Source: a bacterium (GTDB lineage Bacteria > Hinthialibacterota > Hinthialibacteria > Hinthialibacterales > Hinthialibacteraceae). From it: a DNA stretch of 12,515 nt. Under the pieces are notes generated by a model. That model made no database searches. It was not told the DNA's origin and worked only from the letters and a program-made list of their open reading frames with translations. The translations under genes were made by a program, and so were the position numbers. Below, piece by piece: positions 8,433-12,515 of the stretch; position 1 is the stretch's first letter; each line of letters opens with the position of its first letter. The stretch covers positions 1 through 12,515 of the forward strand of contig JBHGBC010000173.1 of the NCBI GenBank assembly GCA_041946805.1, given 5' to 3'.

Positions 8433-9320
8433 TCATCCGGAAGCCGCCGGCATGGTCAGCGTTTTCGCCTCTTCCGGTGTCAGTTTCCTTGCGCACCGAA
8501 AGCCATAGGTATCCCGCGCAAAACACGCGTCGGAGATGCCGGGATCATCCGCCAGGCGGGCCGCGGCCCGGCAGGCCTCCGCGGAGGAGTTCCACGATCC
8601 GCCCCGCAGCACCCGCTGCCCGCCCTGGTCGGGACCGCGCGGATCCTGGTCCGGGCCGTTTTGATAATATGTTTCGCTATAGCGGTCGTTGCACCATTCA
8701 TACACATTCCCATAGAGATCCACAAAGCCCCAGGCGTTGGATTTCTTACTGCCCACGCGCATGGTCTTCTTTGGGGAATTGTCCGCGAACCAGGCGTATG
8801 AAGATAGTTTTCGGGGATCGTTGCCGAAGTCATACGCGGTGCCCGCGCCTGCCCGGCAGGCGTATTCCCATTCCGCCTCCGTGGGCAGGCGGTAGCCGCT
8901 CGCGCCGAAATTGCATTCAAAGGTCTCTTCGTTATAGCAAGGTTCCAATCCCTCCTGGCGGGAACGGGCATTGCAATAGAGCGCCGCGTCCGACCAGCGC
9001 ACCTGTTCGACGGGATTTTCCGGACCTTTGAAATGCGCCGGGGCGGCCAGCATCAATTGCTCGTAGGGTTCTTGCGTGACTTCGGTTTTGTCCAGGGCGA
9101 AGGCGGAAATCTTTACTTTGCGCGCGGGCCGCTCGTCCGGATTCCCTTGATTATCGCCCATGACAAACTCGCCGCCCGGGACCAGGATCATGATTACACC
9201 GGAGGGCGTGGTGATTTCCTTCAACGGGGAAGGCGCAGGCTGGGAAGGGCTGCAACCGTGAAGATAAATGACAAGATTTAAACACAGCAGGATCGAATAT
9301 AGATTGGATGTTATTTTCAT
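8433..9320 (-). CDS. FGE-sulfatase (SUMF1/EgtB/PvdO-family) domain lipoprotein, paralog A, 295 aa
   Basis: Motifs VPGGEFVMG, LDKTEVTQ, NPVEQVRW, GYRLPTEAEWEYACRAG, DLYGNVYEWC, VLRGGSW and GFRC. Lipobox-like LHG-C23. Lacks the FGE CxxxxC. Confidence 0.9.
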   Translation of the reverse strand: MKITSNLYSILLCLNLVIYLHGCSPSQPAPSPLKEITTPSGVIMILVPGGEFVMGDNQGNPDERPARKVKISAFALDKTEVTQEPYEQLMLAAPAHFKGPENPVEQVRWSDAALYCNARSRQEGLEPCYNEETFECNFGASGYRLPTEAEWEYACRAGAGTAYDFGNDPRKLSSYAWFADNSPKKTMRVGSKKSNAWGFVDLYGNVYEWCNDRYSETYYQNGPDQDPRGPDQGGQRVLRGGSWNSSAEACRAAARLADDPGISDACFARDTYGFRCARKLTPEEAKTLTMPAASG

Positions 9321-9378
9321 GAGACCAGCGCCTGTGACTTTTAGTTTTTTGATAGAGGCGGAACCATGATGTAAGGAG

Positions 9379-9505
9379 TTCCCTCACCCTACCCCTCTCC
9401 CGGGGGGAGAGGGGATCATGTACGGCTAACGCGCTCATCCCCGGGCTGAAGCCCGGGGCTAGTTTAAATGTGCTGTTGGTGCTCTAAAGCTGAACTGCAA
9501 ACCGG
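9379..9505. repeat. Composite REP/BIME-like intergenic element, copy 2
   Basis: 38-bp hairpin unit 9379-9416 (35/38 identical to 6641-6678), 22-nt spacer, palindrome CCCCGGGCTGAAGCCCGGGGCT 9439-9460 (18/22 to 6701-6722), and tail 9470-9505 (27/36 to 6734-6769). Confidence 0.8.
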
Positions 9506-9579
9506 TGAATCGTTACAAAAAAAGTGACGCAAAACGGTAAAACGGTCCCACTGAACTGCCTATCAGCGGTCCATACCGG

Positions 9580-10626
9580 TCAGGGTTTCGCCGGGTAAAT
9601 CCAGTCGGCTTCCTTGAAGGTCTCTCCCAGCGGGGTCAGGGATGCGCAATCCCCGCCGCCCGCCGCCGGGGTCACGTGCAGTACCCACGGGCCGCGGACG
9701 CCGACCATTTCCGCGACACCCCGGTTGGTGCCGGGGCCTTTGACCGGCATGTTGCCTCCCACGCCCCGGCTGTACGCCAGATAGCGGCCGTCCGGCGACC
9801 AATCCACGTGATAGACGTGTTCATTGTCAATCACGATTTTCTTGATGTTCGTGACGGTGGGGCCGGACGCCACGAGGTTGAGATCCCCCACGGCCAGGGT
9901 GTGGTCGTCCCATCCCCAGGCGAGATGTTGGCCATCCGGGCTGATATCGGGCCGGCAGCCTTCGATCTTCAAATCATACACCCCGTTGCCATTCCTCTCG
10001 ATCGCGAGGATGGCGTGCGAAAAGCCCATCGCCGCGTGGACGGTGGTGACAATCCAATTCCCGTCCGGGGACAGGCAAATATTGTATAAGTGTTCGATGG
10101 CCGGATTGGGATGCGCGGTTTCCTGCCCGGTTTCTAAATTGTAGAAATACAGTCCCTTGGTGGCGTAATCATTGACCTGGAATTCCTTATACTTGCTTTT
10201 GACATACGCCAGGGACTGGCTGTCCCCACTCCAGCAGGGTTCGCGGCCGCCGTCAACGATCTTGCGGCGCCCGCTGCCGTCGAGATTCATGACATACACG
10301 CACCGGACCGTGCGGCGGCCCTGCGTTTCATCCGAGACAAAACTGATCTTCGCGCCGTCGGGCGAAACGTGGGGATACATTTCATGAGCATCGGGGGTGT
10401 TGGTCAGATTCACCGGATCCGACCCGTCCGCGTTCATGACGAAGAGTTCCCAGTTGTTGCTTTGATAGGATTCGCAAATAATTCTATAGGGACAATCTTT
10501 CAATTCCTCCTTCAGGGCCGCGGATTCCCGCATCTGGCTTTGCACTTCTTTTTCTTCTTCCGATGCCCAGGAGATGCTCCATGCCACCAAACCGCCCACC
10601 AACGCCAAAGCCAGGTGTTTCCACAT
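9580..10626 (-). CDS. TolB-like (PD40-repeat) beta-propeller protein A, secreted, about 348 aa
   Basis: Blade motifs WELFVMNADGSDPVNLTN, PHVSPDG, PCWSGD, LSPDGNW, DISPDG and VDWSPDG, with EADW at the end. Start moved from 10722 to ATG 10626 because AAGGAG lies 7 nt upstream and a signal peptide MWKHLALALVGGLVAWSISWA follows. Confidence 0.87.
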   Translation of the reverse strand: MWKHLALALVGGLVAWSISWASEEEKEVQSQMRESAALKEELKDCPYRIICESYQSNNWELFVMNADGSDPVNLTNTPDAHEMYPHVSPDGAKISFVSDETQGRRTVRCVYVMNLDGSGRRKIVDGGREPCWSGDSQSLAYVKSKYKEFQVNDYATKGLYFYNLETGQETAHPNPAIEHLYNICLSPDGNWIVTTVHAAMGFSHAILAIERNGNGVYDLKIEGCRPDISPDGQHLAWGWDDHTLAVGDLNLVASGPTVTNIKKIVIDNEHVYHVDWSPDGRYLAYSRGVGGNMPVKGPGTNRGVAEMVGVRGPWVLHVTPAAGGGDCASLTPLGETFKEADWIYPAKP

Positions 10627-10633
10627 CGGGATA

Positions 10634-10639
10634 CTCCTT
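10634..10639 (-). promoter_or_regulatory. Shine-Dalgarno site for beta-propeller A
   Basis: AAGGAG followed by a 7-nt spacer and ATG at 10626. Confidence 0.75.
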
Positions 10640-10764
10640 TTCGCGGTACGCCGATACGCGGGATGGCCCGGCGCATCCGCTTGTCCGGGGCCGGGCCGGG
10701 GACATCCGCGGCAAACTCTCACAGGCGGGAATGGAAGTCAAGTGCGGGCCCGGCCGCGGCGCCC

Positions 10765-11001
10765 TCACGGGGTGATTTTCGCCTCGATGCTTTTCAGCAG
10801 GTCTCCCACGTTTTTAAAAGTCAATAATTCCTTTGGAGAGAAGTGAATTTTGAAGCGGGTTTCGATGGCCAGGATCAGGTTGACATGGGACAGCGAATCC
10901 CATCCCTCCACATCGTTGGCGGTCATGTGCGGCTGGATTTGGATCGTGTCGTCATCGAACACTTCCTGAAAGATGCCGTTCAAGATTTCGTGCGTGGTCA
11001 T
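10765..11001 (-). CDS. Acyl carrier protein, 78 aa
   Basis: Small acidic protein with phosphopantetheine site GWDS36LSHV and C-terminal NVGDLL motif. Starts 3 bp after the ligase stop. WDSLxH type rather than the housekeeping AcpP GADSLD type. Confidence 0.95.
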   Translation of the reverse strand: MTTHEILNGIFQEVFDDDTIQIQPHMTANDVEGWDSLSHVNLILAIETRFKIHFSPKELLTFKNVGDLLKSIEAKITP

Positions 11002-11004
11002 GTT

Positions 11005-12515
11005 TTAGATATCCAAGGTGGAAATATCTCCGGCGTCTGTACCCAGGTACCGGGCCTTGAGCACGCGGCGCATGATCTTGCCGCTTTTGTTTTTGGGGAT
11101 GGAATCGACAAAAAACATTTCCTGCGGCGTGGCGAACGAGGAAACCTTGTTCGACACATACAGCCGGATTTTCAGTTCCAGTTCTTTCGAGTACTCGTAT
11201 TGTTGGTGCAGGCAAATGTACGCGACTACTTTCTCGAACAGGATGTCGTCGGGCGCGCCGATGACGCCCGATTCGGCGACTTCCTCGATCTCCAGCAGCG
11301 CGCTTTCCACCTCGAAGGGGCTGACCAGGTGCCCGGCGGTGTTGATCACATCGTCGCTGCGGCCCATGAACCAGTAATACCCGTCCTCGTCCCGGTAGGC
11401 GGTGTCTCCCGAAAAATAAAAACCATTCCGGAACTTCTGGCGGTAAACCTCTTCGTTGTTCAAATAGGTGACGAACATCGAGGGCCAGCCCGGTTTCAGG
11501 CAAAGGTTGCCTTGCTCCTTGACCGGCAGCGTGGCTCCATTGTCCGCCACGATGGCTGGTTCCACGCCGTCAATGGGTTGGCCCATCGAGCCGGGGCGGA
11601 TCTCCAGCCCGGGGCGGTTGGCGATCATGATGGCTCCCGTCTCGGTCTGCCACCACGTGTCGTAGATGTCGTGATTCAGCACTTTGCGCGACCAGTGGAT
11701 CACTTCCGGATTCAGCGGTTCGCCGACGCTGAAGATATACTTCAGACGGCTTAAATCGAATTGGGTATAGATGGAGGGATCCTCCCGCATCAGCATGCGC
11801 AAGGCGGTGGGAGCCGTGTACCAGATGGTGACGCCTTCCTGTTCGAGTAGCGTGAACCAGGCCCGCGAATCGTAATTGCCGCCGAAATGGACCTGGGTCG
11901 CGCCCACGCTCCACGGCCCGATGATGCCATACGAGGTTCCCGTCACCCACCCCTGGTCGGCCGTGCACCAGTAGATGTCACCGGGCGTCAACTGCAGGAC
12001 TTGCCGCGCCGTCTGGTTTTGCGACAAGACACTGCGGTGCGCGTGGAGCACGCCCTTGGATTTGCCCGTCGAGCCGGAGGTGTAATGCAGGATGGAAGGC
12101 GTCTCCGGAGGCGTCGGGAGGGTGGTGAATTCGGGGGCTGCCGCGCGCATCAATTGGGAATAACTGAGAACATCGGGGCCTTGGTGTTCCTCGCTGTCCA
12201 CGAGAATCACATAGCGCAGGGCCGGCATATGGTCCCGGACCCGGTTGATTTTCTTGAGATAACTTTTCTTGGTGATGATCCCTTTCGCCCGCGCGTCGCC
12301 CACCCGGTCGAGGATCGCTTCTTCTCCAAAGTTGGAAAACAGGGTGCCGGTGATGACTTGCAACTTCAGCGATCCCAGAAAAGCGAAAAATTGTTCCGGC
12401 ATTTTTGGCAGGAAGGTGAAAAACACATCGCCCGGAAAAAATCCCAGGTTTTTCAGCCCGTTGGCGAACCGGTTGCTCTGGGTGTCCAGATCCCGGTACG
12501 TAAAATCCCGCCGTT
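11005..12515 (-). CDS. AcsA-like acyl-CoA synthetase / AMP-forming acyl ligase (ANL superfamily), 5' end outside the window
   Basis: P-loop YTSGSTGKSKG, YWCTADQGWVTG, SVGEPLNP, DTWWQTETG, YFSGD, GRSDDVI and PKNKSGKIMRR. The frame stays open upstream of 12426 to the window edge (RRDFTYRDLDTQSNRFANGLKNLG…, an A1-like motif). Confidence 0.93.
   Translation of the reverse strand, partial: RRDFTYRDLDTQSNRFANGLKNLGFFPGDVFFTFLPKMPEQFFAFLGSLKLQVITGTLFSNFGEEAILDRVGDARAKGIITKKSYLKKINRVRDHMPALRYVILVDSEEHQGPDVLSYSQLMRAAAPEFTTLPTPPETPSILHYTSGSTGKSKGVLHAHRSVLSQNQTARQVLQLTPGDIYWCTADQGWVTGTSYGIIGPWSVGATQVHFGGNYDSRAWFTLLEQEGVTIWYTAPTALRMLMREDPSIYTQFDLSRLKYIFSVGEPLNPEVIHWSRKVLNHDIYDTWWQTETGAIMIANRPGLEIRPGSMGQPIDGVEPAIVADNGATLPVKEQGNLCLKPGWPSMFVTYLNNEEVYRQKFRNGFYFSGDTAYRDEDGYYWFMGRSDDVINTAGHLVSPFEVESALLEIEEVAESGVIGAPDDILFEKVVAYICLHQQYEYSKELELKIRLYVSNKVSSFATPQEMFFVDSIPKNKSGKIMRRVLKARYLGTDAGDISTLDI

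Noticed and set aside
6641..9416. 38-bp palindromic repeats as a CRISPR array
   Set aside because: Copies are more than 1 kb apart and separated by whole genes, with no spacer periodicity and no cas genes.
10627..10722. N-terminal extension of propeller A (MRVCRGCPRPG…)
   Set aside because: A strong RBS and signal peptide support ATG 10626; the extension is GC-rich intergenic read-through.
10700..10745. Possible sigma70 promoter (TTGACT on the minus strand) between the ACP and propeller A
   Set aside because: No convincing -10 hexamer at 16-18 bp spacing.
10843..11754. 303-aa plus-strand ORF, and similar ones at 5821..6654, 7196..7852 and 8249..9031
   Set aside because: Antisense shadows of well-supported minus-strand genes in GC-rich DNA, with no recognisable motifs.

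Overview
GC-rich bacterial window in which all ten credible genes lie on the minus strand and look like one cluster. In transcription order: a 5'-truncated AcsA-type acyl-adenylate ligase, an acyl carrier protein (ACP), TolB-like beta-propeller A, FGE-sulfatase-fold lipoprotein A, an AlgI/DltB-family MBOAT acyltransferase, a membrane-anchored SGNH (DltD/AlgJ-like) protein, TolB-like beta-propeller B, two tandem paralogous secreted proteins of about 550-620 aa that I cannot assign to a family, and FGE-fold lipoprotein B. The core (ligase + ACP + MBOAT + SGNH) mirrors the DltA/C/B/D trans-membrane acylation relay. It differs in having an acetyl-CoA-synthetase-like ligase and three pairs of related exported proteins, with no polysaccharide genes in the window. 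Three intergenic gaps carry a 38-bp hairpin repeat, and two of these extend into a shared composite element of about 128 bp. Family assignments come from reading motifs by eye; no searches were run.
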